Positions 14,720 through 28,319 of a stretch of DNA of 64,000 nt are shown in pieces (position 1 is the stretch's first letter; every line of letters begins with the position of its first letter). The DNA comes from Haliotis cracherodii (Eukaryota). The stretch lies in the NCBI RefSeq assembly GCF_022045235.1, contig NW_027266264.1, positions 60,140,001-60,204,000 on the forward strand, given 5' to 3'. Below the pieces are notes generated by a model. That model made no database searches. It had not been told where the DNA came from and saw only the letters and a list, made by a program, of their open reading frames with translations. The position numbers and the translations under genes are program-made.

Positions 14720-15714
14720 GCTATATACAAAAAAATAACCAAAAGTAATGAATGTCGTAGATGTGTCTTTTTTCAACAAGGAAACCAAGAAACATGATCG
14801 GGACAAAACTGGGATTCGAAACCGGACCAGCCCATTTACATCAAAACCTTTACATCAAACTTCGGCGTTTTACACCACTGAACCACCAGTGCCTTTGTCG
14901 TTATTTCGAAGTCGGATTCGAGCGCCGGAATCATCCAACAGTTTGTGCGGTAATGCCTTGTCGTGGGTGTTTAGGATCGCGCAAGATTTAATTATATTAT
15001 TTCACCCCTCCGGGCTGTATGGCTGCGTATTGCTTTCATATCACATTCCATGTGATAGAATATTTCATTTCATGATGAATATGGGTTGTTTTTATAAAGA
15101 TGAAAAGTTTTCTGCAGTTACAAAGCCATACACTGATGACGTAGTGCACCGTACGCCGTGCACACAACAGCTCTTGTTTCAAACTACAGAACTAGAGACA
15201 GTCGTATCTCTCCTGAAGGATTTATAATTTCGACGGATTTGACATTTACTCAATATTTTCTTTTGACTTCGCTGGACGAAAATATCCTGTGTGTTTCGCA
15301 TTCGTGATGATTTAAAGATATGCTTCTTTCTTTGAAGTTGTTTTTTTGTGTTTTAATGAAATTATTTCATTCCTGGACATCACCGTGGCGTGACAGTAAC
15401 CTGCTTAGGTTCACTAGGGGAAGATGATTATTTTTCAAAGAGGTTTATCTGAAACACGATAAAGGGCGACTTGTTAGATGCACCGCCCTGAGTCAGAGTA
15501 ACACAACAGGCCTTAAACCGCCACTGTCTAACCTCGCTGTGCAGGGTGGCGTCTTACGTTTATGTTATAGAATGTACATGTAGTTACGAACGCCTTAGCG
15601 CTAAGATTGCTTTGCGGAACGGCCCCAAACCGAGATCGACTTTCTTGTGTTTCACAAAAATGGTGAACAACAACGTGCGTTACTTTCCTCCCAAATAATG
15701 CTCAAACGTCGTAC

Positions 15715-15914
15715 AATTGTCTGTCATACAGACCCTGGGACAAAATATAGCCAAAACAGCTCATGCAAGTCATTAATAGTGGTCAAGTCTAGATTACTGA
15801 AGTATCAGAAAATGAAAACGAAGGGAGTCTCTGGGCTCCTTATTATTATATTTTATTAAGATAATTGAACAACAGTTTTTTCTGTGTTCGTCTCAAAGAC
15901 TATATGTTAGTCTA
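15715..15914 (-). mobile_element. Diverged copy of the TAG...CTA element
   Basis: Reverse-complement similarity to 1529-1731. Confidence 0.6.
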
Positions 15915-16479
15915 GCCATATAAATGAAATGCACGTGTTGTTTCAATGCGGTATTCATGCATTGCGACTTTGTGAGTGATTATGCGTGTCGGTTGTAGAA
16001 ACTACCCATATTACCCTAATCTGGAAAGTCGTCAACCTGTCCCTCCTCAAACACCACATATAACTACCAACAATTTAACGAACACAAATACTAACGGAAC
16101 AAAGTTACTGTGCTTCGATAAAAATGATTATATTCTGAAATTAGATATGCATCTTTCAAATACATATTCATGAAGACATGTCTTCGACTTTACGGTCGTG
16201 ATTAACAATTTCCACGCGCATGTACATGCAGGGCGCACAATTAAGATGTTTGCGTGTTTGTTGGGAGCATGATCCGCACACAATGCTCTTTTAATGTGAA
16301 CAGCACACAATGTGTGTTTAGCTATCAGGCGCTCATAAAAGCATTTACGCAATGCCAGGGCTTGCTTTAAATCAATGTCTAGGCATCATTTATGTGCTGC
16401 AAACAGCAATGGCGCAAAACGAAGATGCCAGACATTTAAATATTCTGCGAAACACAACATTATCTTTGGAGATTTTATC

Positions 16480-17285
16480 TACATCAGGGCAACAGTCATG
16501 ACTTGCCACGGGCGGGTCGTCCATGTGTGACGTCACGTCAACAAAACAATCATATTCGGTTGGTGCATCTATGGAATCGATACCATGTGCCAAATTAAGT
16601 CCTCGGGAAATTCCTGGGTTGAGACCATTTAGTGGCACAACCGTAGGCAACCGGTTCAAGGAGCACAACATCCGGCCTCGACGTCCAGCGATACCCCCAA
16701 TCCTGCTACAACGTCATCCGTCATCAGGCACGCCTAGCTTGGTGAAGTCGGCATCTTAGGTTCAGAAGACAAGACTGGGATAGATGAGTCCAGGTTTCAT
16801 TTGGAATCTCTGGTGGTCGTGCAAGCGTCCACAGGCGTCCAGGAGAACGTTTTGGCGACGCTTGCGTTACTCAACGTCGTCAGTTTCGGGATAGAAGTGT
16901 GTGACATGGGTTGACATCTTATGGGAGAACACATCTCATCGTTGTTTGAATGGCGTGCGCTACCAGGACTACATCGTTCGAGATCACGCTGTGCCCTTTC
17001 TGCAACTGCGGGGACGTAATGTCACGTTGTAGAAGGGAAATGCCCACTTACGTGTGGCACGTGTTGTAACAGACTTTTTTTGACTGCCATAGCCGGCTGT
17101 TTAAACAGACCTCTCCCCTATAGAATATGTCTGGGATGAGATGGGAGGCGCCTACAACAGGACCAGAACTAGCCGGTAACGCCAGATCAGTTGGGCCGAT
17201 CGTTGGTTGACATTTGGAGCAGCATCTCCCAGGCTCTTTTCAATGTCTGGTTTCTTTAATGCGCCGCCGCTGCCTCGTCTGTCAA
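16480..17285 (+). mobile_element. Degenerate Tc1-like transposase fragment
   Basis: Remnants TVGNRFKEHNIRPRRPA, DESRFHL, HRRPGERF, DLSPIEYVWDEM and LVSLMRRRC across several frames; no TIRs found. Confidence 0.75.
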
Positions 17286-17289
17286 ACAA

Positions 17290-18575
17290 ATACCCTTACA
17301 CAGATTACCCAACAGCTAGCCTCCCACAGATTTCTTCACAACTACCTTTACACAGATTATCACACAGCTAGCCTCACACAGATTACCACACAACTACCTT
17401 TACACAGATTATCACACAACTACCCTTACACAGATTACCACATAGCTAGCCTCACACAGATTACCACACAACTACCTTTACACAGATTATCACACAGCTA
17501 GCCTCATACAGATTACCACACAACTACCTTTACACAGATTACCTCACAACTACCTTTACACAGATTATCACACAACTACCCTTACACAGATTACCACATA
17601 GCTAGCCTCACACAGATTACCACACAACTACCTTTACACAGATTATCACACAGCTAGCCTCATACAGATTACCACACAACTACCTTTACACAGATTACCT
17701 CACAACTACCTTTACACAGATTATCACACAACTAGCCTCACACAGATTACCACACAACTACCTTTACACAGATTATCACACAACTACTCTTACACAGATT
17801 ACCACATAGCTAGCCTCACACAGATTACCACACAACTACCTTTACACAGATTATCACACAGCTAGCCTCATACAGATTACCACACAACTACCTTTACACA
17901 GATTACCTCACAACTACCTTTACACAGATTATCACACAACTACCTTTACACAGATTACCACACAACTACCTTTACACAGATTATCACACAACTAGCCTCA
18001 CACAGATTACCACACAACTACCTTTACACAGATTATCACACAACTACCCTCACACAGATTACCACATAGCTAGCCTCACACAGATTACCACACAACTACC
18101 TTTACACAGATTACCACACAACTACCTTTACACAGATTATCACACAACTACCCTTACACAGATTACCACACAACTACCTTTACACAGATTATCACACAGC
18201 TACTCTTACACAGATTACCACATAGCTAGCCTCACACAGATTACCACACAACTACCTTTACACAGATTATCACACAACTACCCTCACACAGATTACCACA
18301 CAACTACCTTTACACAGATTATCACACAACTACCCTTACACAGATTACCACATAGCTAGCCTCACACAGATTACCACACAACTACCTTTACACAGATTAC
18401 CACACAACTACCTTTACACAGATTATCACACAACTACCCTTACACAGATTACAACACAACTACCTTTACACAGATTATCACACAACTACCCTTACACAGA
18501 TTACCACACAACTACCTTTACACAGATTATCATACAACTACCCTTACACAGATTATCACACAACTACCCTTACAT
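17290..18575. repeat. 26-bp minisatellite
   Basis: CACAGATTAYCACACAACTACCTTTA with recurring GCTAGCCTCA variants. Confidence 0.95.
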
Positions 18576-18734
18576 TACCTACCATTTTTGTACCGTATCA
18601 ACTGGAAAGCGTACATCTGTATGGATAACATTATGTAGATTCTTACATTACATTATAATATCATTCCAGCTTGATAACGGTGTGAGGGTCGTCTTGGAAA
18701 GTCTTTAAAATGTATTTAGAAGTGATACACATGA

Positions 18735-18914
18735 GGAAGAGAATTTATGGTTGTCAACTTCTTTATTATAAGAAACACAACGTTTCGGAGTATATGCTTA
18801 CTCCTTCATCAGATATATGCTTACTACTTCATTCACCTGATGATGGAGTAAGCATATACTCTGAAACCTTGTGTTCCTCATAATAAAGAAGTTGACGTCC
18901 TTAAATCTTCTTCC
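18735..18914. ncRNA. Inverted pair of Penelope-type minimal hammerhead ribozyme motifs
   Basis: Minus strand: CTGATGA-AGGAGT-AAGCATAT-ACTCC-GAAACGTTGTG. Plus strand: CAC-CTGATGA-TGGAGT-AAGCATAT-ACTCT-GAAACCTTGTG. ~80-bp inverted arms. Confidence 0.7.
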
Positions 18915-20705
18915 CTACATCGAAACGTCGCTAAATACAATACACAAGACGTGATCCATTAAGCTATACGTTTTCTTATTTATTCATCAACTCCTAGACA
19001 GCCAATCAAACAGTCAGTAAGTCCCCTACCACAGCTTCCAGCAGGTCGAACTGGCATCTCCACATGTAGAATCTGTGACAATTATTGGCATAAAAGTGAA
19101 TACTGCTATCCATTTTACTTCAGTAGCCATAAACTCTAAGTACAGCAACCAACTACTACACTGTTAATACACTGATTAAAATAATAACTATTACTACCCT
19201 GTAAGTAATTCCTGCTATTATTGCCATAGGTACTTATATTTCTTCTAATGTTATTGCTATTTTCCAGATGTTCCTCACAGGCGGTGTAGTGAATCAGAGA
19301 TCTGCTCTCTTTGTCACAACAGAGAAAATGTATTTCAAAGATTATGTCAGTATTAACATGCAAAGACAGAAATAGTAAGAGTAGTGTGGTTGATTTGACG
19401 TTCTGCATGCATATAAAATACTTTTCTCTCATTTTGCCTACGGCACTGGAAGATCATCAGTACTTTTTTAATAGAAATAGCGTCAGGTGCCAGGCGAAAA
19501 AAACTCACAGTCGCCTAAAAAACATCGTGATTTAGCCCCTCCAACCTTCATGTGTGTGAAGCATACAATCAGCTAAATCAACCGTGACTAGGATATTTGT
19601 CTCGTGTTTTTCATCAAAGGAATAAATGGTAGAAAGACAGTGAAATGAGAATGTGTTGTCATGCAAACAGTACCCCAGCAGCGAAGGATTCAGCTGTCCT
19701 AGCTGTTGCATAAATGTATGTAGAGCTGATGGATCAGCTAATTCCTTAACAGAAGACTGACGGTCGGGGGAATAGGAATAATTGAATTATTTCAGATCTG
19801 ATGGGATAACGGTCCAATTGATTACCGCTGCTTGCCGGGAACAGGATTTAACGAAAGCTGATATTTGTTTTCCATTTGCTGAATATGTTTGTCAAGGCGC
19901 ACATAAAATCATAGTTACAAGTAAACAGGTCTTGTGGGTGAGTGAGTGAGTATGGTTTTACGCCGCCTTTAGCAATATTCCAGCAAAATCCGGGCGGGGG
20001 AAAACCAGAAAAGGACACTGGTCAACCATGTCGTATTCATGAGGTGTATTACATCATCAAAGACCATAAACGATTCAACCAAACCAAAACACATATTGTA
20101 AACTAAATTTCATTAACCACCAATAACTATTAGAACTGTAGCACATACCGGGAGGATATCCTACCTACTAAACGTTATAGATTAAGTGAGTGGTTTACGC
20201 CTGCATTTGGCAATATCACGGTTGGGTTCACCAGAAATGGACTTCACACATTGTACCCATGGGGGCAATCGAACCAGAGTATTCGGTGTGGCGAGCAAAC
20301 ACTTAAACCATTAGGCTTCCCCGACGCCCCAACAAGACTTAAAGTGAATACCACAATGAAGTCACGTTCCTCTTCGTCTTGATACAAATATTAATGAACA
20401 TAATTCCTCAACACATGGACAGGTTTTTGTTCGACCAGTGCCAGTCCGAAGACAGTGTCTAGAAATTGTTAGATGGTATATGTGAACGCGATATGTCTTC
20501 ATTTTCTCTATTCAAGTCATGGGGTACTTGCAAAGGAAGCTTTATGTATTGTAACACGGTATCCTTTGGGGAAGTGAATGTGGAGACTGTACGTATACTT
20601 CAGAATCGGTAAGGGTATTATGACTATACTGATGTACACCTTCCAACGTGCTAAATCTATATCTGTTGAAATGCATGTGTTTTCTGTTGTACTTTCGCTT
20701 AAAAT

Positions 20706-21163
20706 TGTTGCTCTGTAACTCGACGCATGTCACCTGGTTTACTCGCACAACAAGACTGTCCCAGAGTTGCTCTGTAACTCGACGCATGTCACCTGGTTTA
20801 CTCGCACAACAAGACTGTCCCAGAGTTGCTCTGTAACTCGACGCATGTCACCTGGTTTACCCGCACAACAAGACTGTCCTAAAGTTGCTCTGTAACTCGA
20901 CGCATGTCACCTGGTTTACCAGCACAACAAGACTGTCCCAGAGTTGCTCTGTAACTCGACTCATGTCACCTGGTTTACCCGCACAACAAGACTGTCCCAG
21001 AGTTGCTCTGTAACTCGACACATGTCACCAGGTTTACTCGCACAACAAAACTGTCCCAGAGTTGCTCTGTAACTCGACGCATGTCACCTGATTTACTCGC
21101 ACAACAAGACTGTCCCAAATTTGCTCTGTAACTCGACTCATGTCACCTGGTTTACCCGCACAG
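20706..21163. repeat. 59-bp tandem repeat, ~8 copies
   Basis: GTTGCTCTGTAACTCGACGCATGTCACCTGGTTTACTCGCACAACAAGACTGTCCCAGA. Confidence 0.95.
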
Positions 21164-22249
21164 CATGAGCATGGATCTACGCAAATGGGATATGATGACA
21201 TGCATCAACCAAGTCAGCTAGCCTGACCACCCAATCCCGTTAGACGCCTCATACGACCAGCATAGTCGCCTTTTTACGGCAAGCATGGGTTGCTGAAGAC
21301 CTATTCTAACAGGTATATTCACGGGTGGTATATTCAATAGAAAGTCCCATAGATTTTGTTTTACCTTTGAACACAATCCCTAAATCACACACAATTATGC
21401 TTAAGACAATGTTCTGATTAAAGTAAAATGAAACCAGAAATGTTCCTGATATTTCAGTGGGAACGAACCTGGAATCTTTGCAGCCGGGGAGTGGACCACT
21501 AAACTTCTGACGTGACACAAGACTTTAAAGAATCTTAAGTTGCGTCCCTTGGGCACGCCTATGATTGTGGGTTCGAATCCCGGTTCGCCCCAATCATGTT
21601 TCTAGGTTTGTCAGCCCCATACCCATGCTTGTGGGTTTCACGACCTGCATCACTTCGGGCTTTCCTCTCAAATTAAGCTGACACGCCGATATAACTGTAA
21701 TACTGTTAAAAGCGGCGTTGAACCCAAATTCACTCACTTCACTCAATCTTATTTTTCAGTCAAGTACGCCAGCAAGATATATTTTACGCCCGTTTCCTAA
21801 AGTAACGTGGGTTGGAAACAGACAATTGTTGATAAATGTTGTTTCAGAGTTTTCTTCCGACTTATAAGACGTATAAAACATCGAATTTGGTTACAAATGT
21901 AAACCCGCCAGCTGGGTGATGAAAGGGGTTCATTTGTCTTCGTGCTGCATTCAGGCGGTTTATGTATGTGTAAAAAAACTCACCTTGAAAAATCTCTGGA
22001 AACCCTCTATTACCGTCCCATGAACTCCTCGTGTCTGTATTTTGCAACGGTAGGTAAGCATATTCATACATGAAACACTAGGATGATAGCGCCACTCTAC
22101 CACCGCCAGTAGAAGTACTTATACATGTAGATTCCCTAGGGTGCGTGGTACTGTGAGGTGGTGAGGTCGCCGTGACCTCGGTAACATAGAGCTGAGTGAT
22201 TCGGGAAATGGTCATCTATAGAGGTGAGACAGACGACAGACATTTTCCA

Positions 22250-24097
22250 TCAGGTGTTGATAACTTTATTTATTTGATTTAACATGTAGACACCATCGAT
22301 TTTATTTTCAAAGAATCTTAAACACAGTTCCTGATCACGCCGGTCGGACCAACCCCCCAAACCTTGACGCATTGATCTTGTTTTTGCTTTATTTTTAGAA
22401 GCTTTTAATTTGTGTGGAAAGAGATTTTTCTGGTACATGGATAATACATTTTGTGTGCTACTTTTTAACTGGTCTGTGTCACATCCTTTGGTGTTTCTAT
22501 GGAAGCCGTGACAGGTGCCTATATGGAATACTCACCCAGCCTTAGGTTTGAGTAATTTCATACCTTCGAAGCAAGTGGATGTGATGTGTTCAAGTGCCCA
22601 GTCCCAATTATAATCATCAAACTCACAGAATGACCTAGCACATGATTTAAAAACTTCCCTGAAGTCTCTTTTAAGAGCCATGCCTCTTCCAATGCCGGTG
22701 AACCAGTTTGATATTACCACTTCCCCCGTTTCAGAGATGTACGAGTTCGGTTTCAGCTGTTCGTGTTCGCCAAGAATGTACATGACACAAGAGGGACAGA
22801 TTATGGGCTTCTCGTCATTCATGAGCCTAGTCACATGAATGATGTCCTCAGCCAAATAGTGATGATCTTCTAAAGGCAGCAAAGTTTTTATTCAGAATAT
22901 GGACTCGATCCAAGACATAATGCTGCTTCCACACCCAATGGTGTTTGATCTGGGTGAACTTCCCCTCCCTGTAGTGACCGTACGTGTCCGGAAACTTGGC
23001 ATTGTAACAACCTGTGGCAATAACCTTTTCCTTCCCTATATCTCTCGGACAGTCACGAGGAATATCTCCGGGGAACTGTTTGTCAAGGAAATGCATGGCG
23101 TACATCTTCCCGAGGCAAGTGAGTTAACTGACTATAAAAGTCCAGTTTCCACCCTTGCCGAACTAGGCTGGCATTATGGAGTTACATTTTGGCTGGACTA
23201 ACGAGTCTATGCATAGTCCAATCAAAATCGCGCACCGAAATCGAAATCCAGTTCGTAAACTGTCATGCAGATTTCGGTCGACAGCAGGATTTGCAAAGCA
23301 TGTGCACCGCTAACTCGTTGTCAACAGATATTTTCTAAATCTTTTCATGCTTTTAATCAAGGTGCTCACGTGATTTGATGCACTTCGCGATGTAAGACTC
23401 GTTTTATAACAGTATAGATCTTGATTATTAATCAGATCGTCTTGACTGGGCGCCACTGTTTTGTCTGAAGCAAATGCAAGTGATACGAGAGGTTGAATCT
23501 GATTGGTCAATAGGAGAGGCATAGAAAGGACATAACTCGTAATAGCCACTGGTGGCGCTACGATCGAGCCCAGGAATTCCAGCCTTGTTCGGCAAGTGTG
23601 GAAACTGGACTTTTAAAGTCAGTTAACTCCCTTGCCTCGGGAAGATGCATGGCGTACGGATAAAAGAGTTGTTGTATGGGACAGAAATTTATAGAAAATA
23701 ACAAGTTTAAACGTTTCTGGAGTATAGTTGTCATGACTGAAGACGACGAGTGTCTGGTTGATGTATCGCACTGATTTCATGGATTCTGTCATGATTTGTA
23801 GGTCTTCCAGTCTTTTATGAACTTGAATCCGTATAACAATAGAATTGTTATGAAAATGCAGTGGAAACTTTTCAACACTACGGATATGCGGTTCCGAGTT
23901 GAGTCTGAGCAACGTTTGCAGTGCTGTTTGTTCACTACTGGAGGCACTGAGGGCCATGAGATCCATGTACAGCTGTGTGGGTGACGGCTCATATTCAACA
24001 TTTGAGACATAATGTAGATGGATTCGTTAAACAAGTAGGCAAGGGGTAACACCAACGCACCATGAGGCCGATATTCGACCCGAAGTCTGAAACACAT
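22250..24097 (-). pseudogene. MGAT2: Intronless MGAT2 (alpha-1,6-mannosyl-glycoprotein 2-beta-N-acetylglucosaminyltransferase) pseudogene
   Basis: Colinear MGAT2 motifs in shifting frames: IQVHKR...LVVFSHD; FPGDIPRDCPRD...YGHYREGKFTQIKHHWVWK; LEDHHYLAED; FCEFDDYNWDW; VFHIGTC; GGWSDRRDQELC. Lesions: frameshifts, an in-frame TGA at 22532-22534 and a MITE at 23103-23647. Confidence 0.9.
23103..23647. mobile_element. MITE with ~70-bp TIRs and 9-bp TSD (Mutator-like), inserted in the MGAT2 pseudogene
   Basis: TIR CATCTTCCCGAGGCAAG(T/G)GAGTTAACTGAC...GAAC(T/A)AGGCTGG at both ends; TSD CATGGCGTA at 23094-23102 and 23648-23656. Confidence 0.85.
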
Positions 24098-25364
24098 AAA
24101 TATAAAATTGCCAAATTATGCTGTTAAAGTAATAACTAATGTTACGGTTTTGAGGAGGTGACTTTTAAGACGCCGCAATTCGCTGTACAGATTTGCACCC
24201 CTTTGGCTCGTCAGAAAACCTTTGTTTGTGGATTCGAATCCCGAGTCGCCCCGATAATGTTTCTAGGTTTGTCAGCACAAAACCCGTGCTCGTGGGTTTC
24301 ACCGTAGTGGTAAACTCTGAGACCTGCATCACTTCGGGCTTTCCTCCCATATTAAGCTAACACGCCGTGATATAATATTTTTAACTGGAATACAGTTCAA
24401 AATGGCGTTAGACCCATGTCACTCACTCACTCTAGAATCTGTCACTTTACTGAGCTCATCGATTGATCAAGCATGCTGTGGTTGTTTACAACAAGTTCCT
24501 CACAGCGACAGCGGGTTAGCGGAGCTATCACAGCTGCACAAGTGTTTTAATAGTTCTGAAAAATGAACGTTGTGCAAGAGTTCTGGCCACGCGGAGCTAT
24601 ATTAAATATCCTTTCTGAGTGTGTAAAACCAATTAAACCAATAAAAATAGTTTCAAAAACAGACAGTGTTGTCCGAGGTCTTGTTAGGTGTGAAATTATC
24701 CTAAATGTACAGTGCATCGGATTTTGTACTGCCTCATACCTTAACGTCAGAAAGATAAAGCAAATGGGTTTGAACGCTTAGGAATAAAGTTACACATTCG
24801 ATACAAAAAAAGATTATCTTGCAATAAATCACGAAAATCGAGTTTCCACAATGACGTCAAATACGACAGAGCGACATACATACGCACACAGAAAAGGGGT
24901 ATAACTCTGCAATGCTGTGGACTAGGCATTGTAATTCGGCACTCTCGATGAGAACTGGTTCTGGATCCCGACAACATATTCTCATAATGTTATGTTCAGT
25001 TGGAAGCTAACTGTTTAAATTTAAATTGCGGTATTGAAATCTTTAGAGGGATCATCACAAATCATAAGGTATGATTAAATCGCACTACATAGAACAAATT
25101 ATAGCGAAATGGATGTCCCTATCTAATATGTTCCTATCTATTTTATGTCTTCGGAGAAAGACGACATTGCTATGTTGATCAATATACATCTCACCTAATT
25201 TTCGTTCATTATAGAAAAAATATCGATTTGTAAAATAGAATTTGAAGCTTTTTTGGACACAACATTGAATCGTTAACCAATACGAGGCCATTCGTTCATT
25301 TCAAATTGACAAGGCATCATCAGTATTACATTAATCAACTTCTAAAAAACCCATTCAAACATTA

Positions 25365-25560
25365 GACTCGGGGACCAGTTTCGGTAGACAGGAGCCCAGT
25401 CAAGAGCTTGCGTTTAGAAGCTCCTCGCAGCGATAGCCCGTTCGCGGAGTTCTCTATACTATCGCTGCCACCAGTACAAACACTACCTACTGTGGTGGGT
25501 TCCTACAACCCTGCTGGGAGTTGAACTCGCAACCGACTGACCGTTATGTTTACAAACAAG
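25365..25560 (-). mobile_element. Single-copy tRNA-related SINE-like sequence with a hairpin-rich body
   Basis: B-box-like GGTTGCGAGTTCAACTCCC on the minus strand; hairpins GCAGCGATAG/CTATCGCTGC and GAGCTT/AAGCTC. Confidence 0.4.
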
Positions 25561-26599
25561 TGATGACTGTCGTGACCCCGTATACTCTTACCCCAGCTTG
25601 ATTATTTTCTTCTTTCGTCCATTTGAATTTCTATTTCATTTCAATTATCATGTAATTGAATGTAACGGGGAAGTTAAGTGATCTTCCGTTCCTCTGCAAT
25701 CTCGAACCAATATGATCAAACAAAGGAAAAGGTAAATTCATCAGGCAAATATGGTCAGTCATTAACCTTTTCAAAATGAACAATGATGACTTCCCAAAGA
25801 CACAAACAAAAGTACAAATGTTACTGCTTTGGAGGTGAAAAGGCAAATTTCAAGATTCTTGTAATGGCCGCGCCTTCACTGGTGGCAGCGATGTTACCGA
25901 GAGTGTAACGAATGTGTCAAGCGCTGATAAGGAGCTTGTTGTCTTTACAACCAAGGGAGGTAACTCTAAATCAGACCAAAGTAGATAAGTCACGTGATAT
26001 TTTACGGCAACCTCAGTCATTTGCTCCCACTTTAACAACAGTGGAAGAGAATTAAATATTCAAAATTAAATAATCAAAATTATTATTGTTTCTTGAGATT
26101 ATTGCATTATGTAGGCCATATTCGAGTGTAACTGAGAGCTGCCCCATGTTAGGGTCTATGTGCACACACAGTACATGCACAGGGACACACACGTAAGGTT
26201 TCAAACAAAAGACTATTTTTTACTGAAAGCCAACATGACGATGGATCTAGAATATATTGTTTTGTGTCCACTTCCAAACTGAAACAATAAGTTAACCCAG
26301 ACATCTATACGGAAAAGAATTCAGCGAGAAACCAACAAATGGTATACAATTAACAATTGCATCATTAAATTAACTAGGTTTACAGATTAATATACTGGCA
26401 GTACACAATAGAGTGGTAGTATAAACTTCAAAGGCAGTACAATTACAATGGCAGTATAAAATGCTAAAAAAATGTCAGTCACAATAATATTCACCAAGCA
26501 GAAAAAGGGGCATTCTAAAATAGGCCTTGGCTGGATATCCAGAGGGAACACAATGATTTTCACACATACGCTGGTCTTGATGAAATGTGAGATGTAATA

Positions 26600-26700
26600 T
26601 GAGATGCGAGACACCAGTACTTGCGCCCTTATATAGGCTAAATATCTTCCAGAAGGCTCTATACAGATGCTGAGCTAGTCTAGCTGTTCCAGAAAACACT
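26600..26700 (-). promoter_or_regulatory. Heat-shock-element plus TATA promoter-like cluster
   Basis: Two TTCTGGAA (nTTCnnGAAn) cores at ~26646 and ~26687, TATATAAG at 26628-26635 and an Inr-like TCATATT ~25 nt downstream. Confidence 0.45.
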
Positions 26701-27219
26701 AGCATACATTTGACTCCAAAAATTATCTACATATACTTTCACGTCACTGCATTAGATAATAATTAGACAGTCCTAACAACTAATTATTGTCAAATCACAA
26801 AGCAATGAATGTCTACTGAATCTCAACAGAAACAATGAAACAATAACAACATTGTTTAAGAATATATAAGACAGCCACGTAAAAAAAGTCGTAATATTAC
26901 AGAGACACTTATTTATAAGTTGAACAGTTTGTAAATGTTACCGCAAGGACTGTTGTATTTTACCACGGCGGTCTGTAAACGATACTACACATTAAGATGA
27001 CAACCTTACCTATAAACTAGTGCAGTTCATGCAGGTCAACAGCTGCTGATAAATGATGGAAGAAAGGCAGGGTAAGCTAGCTCATAAAGAGTGGTGGCAT
27101 ACGCGGGGTAGTGTCACGTGAGATCTTCGTTCGCAGGTCAACATCCATACTGTCAGCAGCATCTATAAATCGGCCTTCACAAACCGAGTACACCTGTCAC
27201 ATTTTATTACGGAAGCAAT

Positions 27220-27251
<32 letters not shown>

Positions 27252-27479
27252 GGGAGGGGCGGGCATTAATGGCAATACATTATATATACAGTCACACTGT
27301 TCAATGTGAAGCCTTGCCAACATTGAAATGATAACCCAGAGATAATGATATAATGATACTACCACACACGAGTAGTCGGTATAAGATAAGTACCCGACAC
27401 CCCACTTGGGGAATTTATCCCAAATCTATAAAGCTTCCGCAAATAATCAATGATAACTGAGTCATGGGTGTGACTATAT

Positions 27480-27850
27480 TAAAAGCACGAGAATACGAGA
27501 TCACGATATCGATATCGCGACATTTGACCAATGTGCTTTTGTGCCAATTGCCTATACAGTTATATGTAACTATTTTCAAAAACGCGAGAACGCGACACTT
27601 GTCCAATGTCGCGATCCCGCGCTCTCGCGCTCTCGTTCTTTTGTGCCAATTGCCTTTACAGTTATATGTAACTATTTTCAAAAACGCGAGAACGCGACAC
27701 TTGTCCAATGTCGCGATCCCGCGCTCTCGCGTTCTCGTGCTTTTGTGACAATTGCATATACAGTTATATGTAACTATTTTAAAAAACGCGAGAACGTGAC
27801 ACTTGTCCAATGTCGCGATCTGGCGCTCACGCGTTTTCGTGCTTTTCTGT
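27480..27850. repeat. ~107-bp CpG-rich tandem repeat (~3.5 copies), subterminal to the Polinton-like end
   Basis: TGTGCCAATTGCCTATACAGTTATATGTAACTATTTTCAAAAACGCGAGAACGCGACACTTGTCCAATGTCGCGATCCCGCG... Confidence 0.9.
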
Positions 27851-28319
27851 CAATAAGCCAAACTCACTCACTTATTCAGAGCCATGCCGGTCCCTCAGGC
27901 TATATATTCGGGTACATTTCCAGTATGTTAAGGACTCAATAAATAAAAAGTTAGTGTTTCATTGATGTTTTCAAAACATGGGAGACGGGAGGCATTTTAT
28001 TTTTAAAATTTATTTGTTTCTTATCGAACTATGTCATTGAAACTGACTTCACAAACAATCTGGGAGCATTTCCCACCAGCTGCCAAAGCCGCAAGTCTTT
28101 CTCTATGTTGTTCTAAAGATTTAACTACTTTAGGTCCTGTTTCACCTTGGAGCAGTTTTTCGAGAAGTTCCTCGCATTCCATCTTTTTAGTGTAATACAC
28201 CAGCCGATATATAAGTCTAATATAATGAAATATGAAATATCCAATACAGCCCGAATTAATAAACTGTTGCAAAAGAATGAGTATTTCCTACAACATTAAT
28301 GTATATTCAAATGGTTGTA

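Noticed and set aside
27415-27942. Repetitive ORFs on both strands
   Set aside because: Products of the 107-bp tandem repeat.
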